NCBI GenBank assembly: GCA_010093995.1
Contig: ML992509.1
Span: 891,850-955,849 of the forward strand
DNA: 64,000 nucleotides
Direction of reading: 5' to 3'
From: Elsinoe ampelina
Lineage: Eukaryota
Of the stretch, positions 1 through 9,294 are shown piece by piece. Below the pieces are notes generated by a model. It was not told the DNA's origin, did no database searches, and saw only the letters and a program-made list of their open reading frames with translations. A program made the position numbers and the translations under genes. Position 1 is the stretch's first letter. Every line of letters begins with the position of its first letter.

Positions 1-1350
1 ATAGTTATAGCTATATTAATTAGTACTAGTAGAGTTAACCCCTTCTAATGTTATACTTCTTTAGTAAGAATAGTATTAATCCTCTCCTTAAGTATCTTAT
101 TATTTAGCCTTTATCTAACCTCCTTTATAGTTTACTAGTTTAGTATCTATCTATCTAGCCTTATATACTTATTTAAGTAATAGTACTTACTCTACTTATA
201 CTAGCCTTAATATATATACTTAGGCTTTCTAATAGGACTAGGTTTCTTATAAAGAATATTCTTAGTAGCTATAGGGAAGGCTATAGCCTCCTTACTAGTC
301 TTTATAGTGTTATATAGCTTATAAAGCTTATAGAACTATCTAAATTTAGTAATTAGTTTAAGTATAGTTAATAGAGTTAGTAAATCTAGATTAATAAGGT
401 ACTTATTAGTAAATACTAGTTTAGTTTTAGAGATAGAGAGTAAGAAGTCTCTCTATAGCCTTAAGCCTTAAGCTTCTAGTAGATTATAATTCTTAGCCTT
501 ATCTATAACCTCTTCCTATTACTAAAGCTAATAGTCTATATTCTATAAGGAAGAACTAGATAGCTACTTCCTCTAGAGTACTTTAACCTTAAGCTAAATA
601 GCTATATTAGATAGAGTAAATCTATTCTTTAAAGCTTAAAGGATAGTCTATAGATAAAGATTCCCTTCTAGCTAAATAATAGTAAGAACTTATAGTACAA
701 TTAATAACTAAATAAGGCTAGCTAAATTAGCTAAGGCCTTATATTATTTATTATACTATACTTATTCCTCCTTATATATCTAGAAGAGTACTAAGAAGTT
801 AACATTTATTACCTCTAGCCTTTAAGGCTTAGGGAGCTCCTCTAGCTTAATAGTCTTCTAAGGATTAATAAGGTTCTATATCTTAGTATTTAAAGCTCTT
901 ATCTTAATAATATATAGCTAGCTAGCCTATTTAGCTAATATAGCAAGAATAATAGGTATTCTAGCTATTAAGGTGTTAGTATCTATAGTTATTTATCTCT
1001 TTATTAACACTTAAATCCTATAGTTATAATTAAGGTAGTTCTTAATAGATTCTAATACTTAAAAAGTAAGATAATAGAGAATTAACTAATAGATTAAGTA
1101 GGAAAGTAACTAAGTAATATACTTATATAGGGGTAGTTATTCTAGGCTTATAACTATTAGCTTATATATAGGGAGAAAGAGATTTATTACTACCTAATCT
1201 ACTAAACTAAGGTAGATTATAACTATATAAATACTTAACCTAATAAACTAAGAGATAACTAAATTAATAGAACTCCTAAATAATAACAGATTAAGACAAT
1301 AACTATCTAATTTGATTATAAATTAGTAGAGTAGTAGATAAGTATTTAGT
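1..1350 (-). mobile_element. RIP-degraded Ty1/copia LTR retrotransposon, 5' part (LTR, PBS, gag); continues past the left window edge
   Basis: Very AT-rich, TpA-rich and CpA/TpG-depleted, with no ORFs. One minus-strand frame from 986 down to ~120 gives copia gag-like motifs when only C>T/G>A changes are reversed: IL..xW..W...IK.RA....IW.L.NP at the N-terminus and CxC.G.H.W..CYYL....RP.GW.P at ~160-220. A PBS-like AGTTATAAGCCT lies at 1155-1144. Confidence 0.8.
1156..1288 (-). repeat. putative 5' LTR of the copia relic (TGTTA...TAA[C>T]A)
   Basis: Lies directly upstream of the PBS-like motif. Minus strand starts TGTTA at 1288 and ends TAATA (RIP of TAACA) at 1156. The outer boundary is uncertain and the second LTR is outside the window. 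Confidence 0.4.
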
Positions 1351-1662
1351 TCCACTAGGGGATGAACTGAATCAGGGTCCTTCTTGGCGCTCTAGCTTAT
1401 ACCTCGGTTGACAGTTTGTCTAAAGGGCCATTTTCACAGCAAGCAACAAGAAACAAGGGATTGCAGAGGTATCTCGAGTTGGTCAAGGTAATTCTATCGC
1501 CAGTCCCGACACGTCTCCGTAATGCCTCCGCCTCACCCGTTCCGACACATCGACTTGCACCTTCCCCTTCCCTCTCAATTAGCAAAAGCCACGGCAAAAG
1601 TCTGCTCAGGGGTGTAGGATGGGCAGTCTCACCATTTGACACTCCAGTAAAGTCCCTTGCTA

Positions 1663-3861
1663 TCACTTCTTGCCTGCTCGAGCAGCGAGAGAGGAGTCCA
1701 GCTGTGCCGGCTTGAACATGTCCCTCTCCCCTTTGACTTGCGCCCATACCACATCGCCGCCAATGAAGCAGACAACACCTCCCTTTCCGTCGAAGCGTGC
1801 CGTAATCCTGAACAATGGATTGCCGGTCGCTTGATGTGCTTCGCGTAGTGGCAGCATCATGAGATCTTCCTCCGCGCACCAAGCTTCGACTTCGTCTTTG
1901 AATGTCACCTCGGTCCTCTCCATCTTTCTAGCGCCCGTCTCGGTCCTGCCTTCTTCGACCACCTTCTTCACTCTAGCGTCCTTGATGATTGGCTTAGTTG
2001 GACCAGCAGCAGGCGGTACCAAATCACTAGCGAGATCACCACCTTCTTCAAGAATATTCGAGGCGTCGTTGACCATCTTCTTCAACGAGGCCCACCCAGC
2101 CTGAACGTCCTTGGTTCTGTTGATATCCTTTGGTAGAACGCTTTCGCTCCACCACTCCAGCCAGAGCGGGATCTCATCGAAATCGACGCCGTCGCTGGTC
2201 AGCCACTCGTACAGAAATGCGAGAAGCTTAGGGAAGAGTTCGGCAACCATGAGTCGAGCAAAGATTTCGGGCTTGAAGTAGCTCTTCCAGGCAAGCACGG
2301 CGTCAAGGGCGTCCACTTTCTGATCGGACGGATCGATCTCCAGATTGGCAGATAGATGGGCGGCCAGACGGGGAAGCAGATGGCTGATGAGTATATCCTG
2401 AATGTTGAGGAGGGTGGACCACTGCGATAGACCTGGAAGTATACCAGATTCGATGTTCCACTTCGACAATGCTGATCGGAGAGCACGGATGACCTCGTAG
2501 AGGAGTGAAGAATGGGACTTGGTATCCAGATGATGTGGTGGTAGATGCGGAAGCCATGGAAATAGCCAGATATGTGGTGCAGGAGAGTTTCGTTTTCGCG
2601 GCGACCAAGACTTCAGTGCTGTGGATAGCTTCGGTACCAGTAATTGGTCCGTGATATTCGAGTAGATAAAGGGAGGCAGGATTGGTCTCCACGATTGTAT
2701 CAGCTCGATCATGGGTTGAGGATCGTACGGACTCCAAGCCATGATTGACGTGCGCATCTTCGGCAGCCAACTCCTGTACATGAGCGTCTCGAAAGCGCTC
2801 GTTGCTTTCTGCTTTCGGTACCTCCGCATTGAAGGATCGATGCCGCCGTTTATGGTGATCTCGTCGTCAGTACTGATACCAAGTATCGGACGTAACTCAA
2901 TGAGGTCCTCGACCATGAGCTGCGGCTGCTCTAATGGCTCCCATCCGTCGACCTCTGACTTGAATACTGGGGCTAGCACAGCGACAGCCGCATCTCCGAG
3001 TCCACAACTTTCGATCTCGTGCCTGTGGGAGTCTTGAAGAGCTTGGACCCTTTGTACAGCATCTTTCCACGACGACGCCTCACCCAACGTGCTCTCCTCA
3101 GGAGTCACGGTAAGTGCAGCTAATGCAGCTAGCACGCTCTTCATCTTCGCAATATCGTCGCCCATCTGGTTCAGCTCGAGTTGTAACTGCCCCTCGTGTT
3201 GCTCCAGATGCAGCTTACGCTCCTGCAGTCCATGCCACGCCTCGATGAACGACTCCAGTTCCAGCTTCTCCCTCTTCTTGATCTTCTCCTCCTCCGTCTC
3301 CGCCTTCACCATGCCCCCACTCATCAACCCCGCCGCACTCGTCAACAACTTCGTCTGACCTCCCGTAGCATCCACAATCGACCCCAGCATCGCCTCCGGC
3401 AGCTCCAACCCCGGCGCAGCAGCCTGCACCTCCTCCACAGTCCTGTATTTCATCTTCCGCCTCCCACCCTCGCCCGCGCTCGTCGCCGTCCCCCCAGCAG
3501 TCCTCACCTCCCTCGCCCTCTCCCTCCGCTGCTTCCTCTTCTTCCTCTCCTCATCGCTGCTATCCTCGTACTCCTCCCCTCGCGCCTCGGCCGCCCTCCT
3601 CTGCTCCTGCTTGTACTGCTCCGTCTTCTCCTTGACGGCACCAACGCCTGCTCCTTGCGGGCGCAGCTTCACCTCAATCGGGTTGATGATGCCCTCGCCG
3701 CCTTTTCCTAGACCTTGTCCTTCCACGTGGCCCATCTTGGCCATCATGCGCTGTGCGAAGGACATTTTGCCGGTTTTGGGACCGTCGGAGAGCTTTGGTG
3801 TTTTGCGCGCCGCGGTGGTGGGAAAGTCGCCTTTTCGTTTGAAGGGCGGACGGTCCTCCAT
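1663..3861 (-). CDS. G-patch domain spliceosome disassembly factor, TFIP11/Spp382(Ntr1)-like
   Basis: G-patch (SFAQRMMAKMGHVEGQGLGKGGEGIINPI), coiled coil, GCFC-like W-rich domain, C-terminal TFKDEVEAWCAEEDL. Likely start MEDRPP at 3861. Confidence 0.9.
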   Translation of the reverse strand: MEDRPPFKRKGDFPTTAARKTPKLSDGPKTGKMSFAQRMMAKMGHVEGQGLGKGGEGIINPIEVKLRPQGAGVGAVKEKTEQYKQEQRRAAEARGEEYEDSSDEERKKRKQRRERAREVRTAGGTATSAGEGGRRKMKYRTVEEVQAAAPGLELPEAMLGSIVDATGGQTKLLTSAAGLMSGGMVKAETEEEKIKKREKLELESFIEAWHGLQERKLHLEQHEGQLQLELNQMGDDIAKMKSVLAALAALTVTPEESTLGEASSWKDAVQRVQALQDSHRHEIESCGLGDAAVAVLAPVFKSEVDGWEPLEQPQLMVEDLIELRPILGISTDDEITINGGIDPSMRRYRKQKATSAFETLMYRSWLPKMRTSIMAWSPYDPQPMIELIQSWRPILPPFIYSNITDQLLVPKLSTALKSWSPRKRNSPAPHIWLFPWLPHLPPHHLDTKSHSSLLYEVIRALRSALSKWNIESGILPGLSQWSTLLNIQDILISHLLPRLAAHLSANLEIDPSDQKVDALDAVLAWKSYFKPEIFARLMVAELFPKLLAFLYEWLTSDGVDFDEIPLWLEWWSESVLPKDINRTKDVQAGWASLKKMVNDASNILEEGGDLASDLVPPAAGPTKPIIKDARVKKVVEEGRTETGARKMERTEVTFKDEVEAWCAEEDLMMLPLREAHQATGNPLFRITARFDGKGGVVCFIGGDVVWAQVKGERDMFKPAQLDSSLAARAGKK

Positions 3862-4040
3862 TTCTGCGGAGGGGCCTGCCAGACACAGCAGTGGTGTGGT
3901 AAAGGTGAGGGGAAGTTGTTGTGAGTCGACAAATTTAGAGGTATGAGATGCCAAGATGAGTGGGGCGGAACGACAATTGAGATCACGTGCGACATTCAAC
4001 ATCGCGAGAAGTAATTTCTATTATTTTTGTTGTACATATG

Positions 4041-4989
4041 CTACAATTTGGCCTTTGCTGACCATGCATGCACTTTCTGCTTCCGTGCAGCATCTTCCTT
4101 GGCCTTTGTCAATGTGATCTCGATGGTCCGATTTGCTTCTTCGTGAGGATTCTCGAGCAGATGAAGTGATTCACGATACATCTCTCGCTTGAGCTCCCCA
4201 TACACGCCCTTGTCAGCCTTCTTGGTGAGCTGCAGCTCCTCGACGAATTTGAGCGCCTCATCAAGATCTCCAAGATGGTCGATGATGCCGTCCTTGAGTG
4301 CGTCCAGTGCCTAATATCTCGTCAGGTCTGGATCTTCCTACTAACATGCAACAATGCTTACCTTGAATCTCTTGCCTTCGAGCACAAGTGTTCTGTATGT
4401 GGTCGGTGGGGTCTTTTGTCGGAAGATGGAGGACATGGGCGGTCGAAGGGGAACGCCAAGCTCGACCTCGTTAAGGCACAGGTAGCCCTTGTGAGGGTTC
4501 ATGATCCGATAATCATGATGCATGGCGAGCATCAAAGCGCCGGCAAAAGCGTGGCCGTTGATCAATGCGATCGTTGGCATCGGGTATCTGGCTTGTCAGT
4601 CCGGCAGTGTGTATCCTGATAGGCCATACCGACATCAGTAGTCGTCGCCATAGAGCATACAACGAGTCTGTGAAGAATCCAGGCGTGTAGTTGGCGTGTA
4701 CCAGATCAAGACCGTTTGAGAAGAACTTTGGAATGCCCGAAGTAGTGATGACTACACCGTGGGGATGTTTGAACTCGAGGATATCGAGAGCTAATATGAA
4801 AGCTTGACAGAAGTCCTGTGAACGTCAGGCTCGAATCATCGAGGACGTTTGGCCACTCACGGTCTTCAGCCTGTTGTCAGGGGGTGCTGTGAATGTAACG
4901 ACGTAGACCTTGGACGTCGGACTTGTCACCTCAACATGACCTCCCGATGCGATTGGGATTGTGAACAGCGGGCTACCGGATGCTGTCAT
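4041..4989 (-). CDS. peroxisomal enoyl-CoA delta-isomerase / crotonase-family protein (4 exons)
   Basis: Exons ~4989-4861, 4815-4630, 4587-4362, 4310-4041 with GT-AG introns. Motifs KFFSNGLDL and PTIALINGHAFAGALMLAMHHDYR. Ends ...KAKL* (PTS1). Confidence 0.88.
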
Positions 4990-5921
4990 GGTGCAGTTGC
5001 GGGGCCCCGGAAACACTTAGGGGACAACACTGATGAATCGATCTTCTCACTTTGACGTTCCGTGTCCCGTGGAGTTCCCGTAATAGATTTTGGGGGTGCT
5101 ATGGAGAGGCGATGATGAGAGCTGTGGAGAGATCCGCGTTTGCCCGAACACCTTGCGGGAACTTCCGAGATGGACACTTCCAATGTTGCGAAATGATGTC
5201 ACTTCATTACACACCAGCTCGACATCATCCTCCGTGAGTGTCACATCCTCCTCTACTGGACACAGAGCAGTCAATCTATCGGCGGAAGAAGGCGTGGAAC
5301 AGCCAGCCCAGGGACGACCACGACAGTAGGTCTGGAATCGGCAAAGCAATACTGATACCGGCGATCAACAGGTCACTGGTGATCTCGAGCTTGTCGCCGT
5401 GCAGGCATCTGGAACCTGCCGCTAAGCAGCTGAGACCAAATGCGGTAGGAACGCAACGCTCTTGTGGTGCGGAATAAACTCCTCTGAACAAGTTTGCGCG
5501 GTTGTCAGGGCAAGATGAATGCGTTCCGTGCCATTGAGTTCGATCTGGACGTTTGAGACATAGTTTTCGGCACAGACCGACGTTGGGAAGCGAAGACCGT
5601 TGCGTACCGGGACTGGTGCGGCCGACTTTGACAGCATGACCGCGGGTGGCATGGAGACATCCAACAGACGTGGTATGGAATACTAACGAGCAGAGGGGTC
5701 TTATTCTGGACCGGGGGTGAAATGGTCACGACGCCTGTGAGGAAGCCAAGAAGAGATTTACCCATGGGTCCCGTCGTGTGCTGCGTAGGAGTCAAGAAAG
5801 AAGATAAATTACCCATCTAGGTATACAGAAACACCATCCATCGTATGTACCAATGCTACAACAATGAGAGCATATTGAAGAGTAAGCAGAGCAAAAGCGA
5901 GTGCAAGATTCTTGCCGGGAT

Positions 5922-7034
5922 CTACATGGGCGCCGGCTTCTCGCCACTGCTACCACCAAGAGGGGTATCGTCCCGATCCTGTGCGATGACCGTGACGACC
6001 TGGATCTCCCCATCTCCCTTGTTGTCGAAGACGGAGACCCCAGCACCGCCCTTGGACTTTGCAGATTTCATGCCAGTCTCGGCGTCCCCCCTGCTCTTTG
6101 GATCCGTGTAGGCACCGGTCGACTGGCCGAGCAACTTTGGGAAGTAGCGGGCGGCAAAGGCTCGGAGGGTTGGCAGACTGGCACAAATAACACCAACGCA
6201 GAGCTCGACATTCGACCAGTAGGCAATAGCGGCGCCGTCGTAGAGGGGATCGTGGGAAGCGACGAGCATGTGAAGTTCGGGCAGGCGGAGAATGGAGACC
6301 AGGACGACACTATACGGGTTTAGCGGGGGAACATTTGGTACTTGGTGAAGTACGTACAAGGCTCCAAGGGCAAAGATGGCCATGAGGGCTAATTTCTGCT
6401 TCATTGGCAGATGGAGATGGTACAGAGCTGGCATAGGGAGGACGAAGATGGCAATGTCAGTTGCGATGTTGATAGCAGCGTTGGAGTACCAGACGGCGGG
6501 TCGTGAAAGGCACTTGCCGGCGATGGACAAAGTCCAGTAGGACTTGATTGGTGTGCAGAGAAAGATGTTGTTGAGAGTGCAGTAAAAGCCGTACAGAACC
6601 GAGATGACAAGCAAGATGTTGCAGGCCATGCGTATGTTCTTGCCAGGGAAAATGCGATAGTATTGCCAGAGGATAGAGATCTTGACAAGGACGAGGCCGA
6701 ATTGATAGACCGGTACGGAAATGTACAGGGCGAACAGCGTGTTTCTGAGGTTCTCTGGAGATACAGTCTCGATATGGCGGCCATTGCCGAACTTTGCCTC
6801 GAGGCAAATAAGGATACACATGGCCAGGCAGCAGATCCATGCGGCAATGATGATAAAATCTTCACCGCCCATGTTGCGCACGATAACGGCGCGAGTGTAA
6901 GTTCGAAGGGCGACAAAGAAGAAGGAGATGCAGGCGAAGACAGTAGCGACGATTGCCGACTGCATGCCCCTAGGATTCGTCGTGTCGGTCAGGGGATTAT
7001 TCGTTGGAGCGAACACCATGGTGGAAGCTGACAT
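5922..7034 (-). CDS. PTH11-like integral membrane protein (fungal rhodopsin-domain/GPCR-like, no CFEM)
   Basis: About 7 hydrophobic helices with family motifs ALRTYTR, EDFII, G.GRH, KISIL.QY.RIF, C.PI..YW, NIATD, LPMP and WS.VE..VGVICASLPTLR. A 48-nt in-frame intron lies at 6357-6310. Confidence 0.9.
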   Translation of the reverse strand: MSASTMVFAPTNNPLTDTTNPRGMQSAIVATVFACISFFFVALRTYTRAVIVRNMGGEDFIIIAAWICCLAMCILICLEAKFGNGRHIETVSPENLRNTLFALYISVPVYQFGLVLVKISILWQYYRIFPGKNIRMACNILLVISVLYGFYCTLNNIFLCTPIKSYWTLSIAGKCLSRPAVWYSNAAINIATDIAIFVLPMPALYHLHLPMKQKLALMAIFALGALYVLHQVPNVPPLNPYSVVLVSILRLPELHMLVASHDPLYDGAAIAYWSNVELCVGVICASLPTLRAFAARYFPKLLGQSTGAYTDPKSRGDAETGMKSAKSKGGAGVSVFDNKGDGEIQVVTVIAQDRDDTPLGGSSGEKPAPM

Positions 7035-8663
7035 GTTGCGCAGAGACCCTGTGAACAAGAAACAAGACTTTCTTAAGAGAGTATATGGTTCGTGGAAAAA
7101 CAAAAGTCTCGTGTGAGTTGGGGAGTCTTATATTCAAGACCTACCAGGCAGGATCAAGCTCTGCATGGTCCCTGACCGTGCTTGATACCATTGCTTGGGA
7201 ATTGTGCAATGAACGATGTGATTGCAACGACGAACGGGCGCGCCAGGTCAGTGGTTCCGTTTGGTCCTGAAGATCGAACTTGCGCGATGAGGGCAAACAA
7301 GGGCGCCGTTGTGATTGCAATGCGACAGTACAATAAGCCGTAGTGTTCGGGTCAGGCTGTGGCCGTATGTAGCTTGTTCGACTGCTGAATGTGCAAAGTT
7401 CGCGAGTCAACAAGCAATATACATCTGATACTCGAGGAGCGTAGGCCGGTATTTGCGAACAGGTCGATCTGTTAGGATGGGCACCTCGGATCTTCATGTT
7501 CTTCGTTTCTGCAATCGGTCGGATGTGTAGGGACAAACCGAGCTTGGAAAAGAAGGTTCGTAAAATAGAGACAATATAGCATGCGTCGATGGCCTCGACG
7601 GCTGAACGCTCGCTTGTGAAGTCCCGTAGGTGCAACGGGTCTCGTCTGGCGTGGGCGATCGAGCGGACTCCTCGACAACGGCGAAGACAGTTTCATACTC
7701 GCATCCATCGAATCATACACGCATCCAAAGAGATAGCTGCCGTTCAGCATGATACCGCGCGCGGACTTATACTGCAGCTTTGTGTGAGTGAGCGGCCGCA
7801 GGTACCGCTCTTTCTTGTTGCAAAATACCATTGTTGAAAACAGTAAGAAACATCGGCATAATCCGCATCGAATACCGGGCTTGTGCTTGGGGCGCTGTTG
7901 GGCAAAGGAGTATGGTGACGTCGCTGTAGCTGAATGGGAGCGCGTTCCTGCACTGCACAAGATACTGTTGTTGGACATGAAGGACTGAGGTCCATAGGGC
8001 AGAGTGGGGAAAAGCTTGAGCTGCAAGCTTGATCCCCGCCCCTCATCTCCTGGCTTCGGCATGACTGACGCACTGCTCAAGGTCTTTGATCCGCATCCTC
8101 CGAGCTTGTCGACGGTGGTGGAGATCAGCATGCTTCGTCATTGGATGCGGTACTGAACCGGCAAGATCGTTGCAGTGAAGCCAACATGCTGGACAGACCT
8201 CGAAAGCTTCGTTCATGGCGGAGCAGGAACGCCACATCGCCACAGACCGTTCCATACGCATAGCCCGAATGATGCCCGGAGGCAGAAATTCTCGCGACAG
8301 ACGGATGGACCAAGGGAGGAACATTTCGAACAGAATAGCTAAGTTACAGCGTACAGAGTGGACACGCGACCCGGCAAGAGAAACGATTGCCCCACAGATG
8401 CGACTCCAGGTTTGTCTGCCTGCCCCGCTTCTTAAACTGCCAATCTCTCTTCTTCCTTGACAAGGTACACTCAGAATGGAGCCTGTCGTTCTATCAACAT
8501 ATCCTCGGTCATAGGCATAATCGAAAAGGATGGCGTCAAGAACTTGATCTCGCTGACCCGCAATCATGCTGAGATGCTGGGAATGAGTAGAGAGTTGAGC
8601 TCGGTCGAACGGTAAACGAGAACAGTACGGGCGACCGAGGGTCAATCATACCGCGCGCAAATC

Positions 8664-9015
8664 CTGGAGGCGCAACGCCCGTCCAATCATGACCGAGTCG
8701 TGATATGACCATTGGTTCAACACGAGTTCGAGCGACGCCACTACTGCAAAGCTGATCTCGCATGTCCCGTCCGTACCACTTTTCCTCAAGCAGCGAGGTA
8801 CAATCGCCATGTCTTGCGAGACTGCTCGATGGGTAAATGGTAGGTCACCTGCAAGGATGGCGGGGCTCATCATTCGGGGAAGAAGTAGGGTTGAGAGACG
8901 GGGGCCAATCGGACGTGGATGATCGCAAAGTCCCTGCACAAACGAAATATGCATCACGGCCAAAATCGTGGAGTGCTGGGAGTCTGGGGCATGACACGCC
9001 TGTCTTCAACCCCAG
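8664..9015. promoter_or_regulatory. cluster of CreA-type SYGGRG sites upstream of facB
   Basis: CTGGAG 8664, GCGGGG 8860, GTGGAG 8968, CTGGGG 8984 and CCCCAG 9010. The motif is short and degenerate, so the evidence is weak. Confidence 0.35.
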
Positions 9016-9294
9016 TTTTCAATCCGTCTCAGTCCAGATCCCTCGTCCTCACTCCAACTCTATCTGTCACCGACCTCCTCCTCAACTGTTTGCTGGTCCG
9101 GCACTCACGACAGACTATTCACTTCATCTCGTATCCGCTACGTTATCGACTGGCACGAATCATTCTCTCATGAACGAGAGCCGCACCACGCCCTACACCG
9201 GAGATCTCTGAAATCCGTTGAAGCGACCACCCCACGGCCGCGTCGACACGACCTCACGAAGACACACAGCCTCCGGCTGTCCGATCTGCCCACC

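Noticed and set aside
1397..1882. ORFs at the RIP boundary (1397-1882 minus, 1416-1715 plus)
   Set aside because: They overlap the TFIP11-like 3' end and UTR and carry no domain signal.
5047..5816. Several short minus-strand ORFs between the enoyl-CoA isomerase and PTH11-like genes
   Set aside because: No recognisable motif and no convincing splice model joining them; could be a degenerate gene but unsupported.
7141..8963. ORFs of 100-220 aa in the PTH11-facB intergenic region
   Set aside because: No codon bias or motifs; consistent with chance ORFs in a long divergent promoter.
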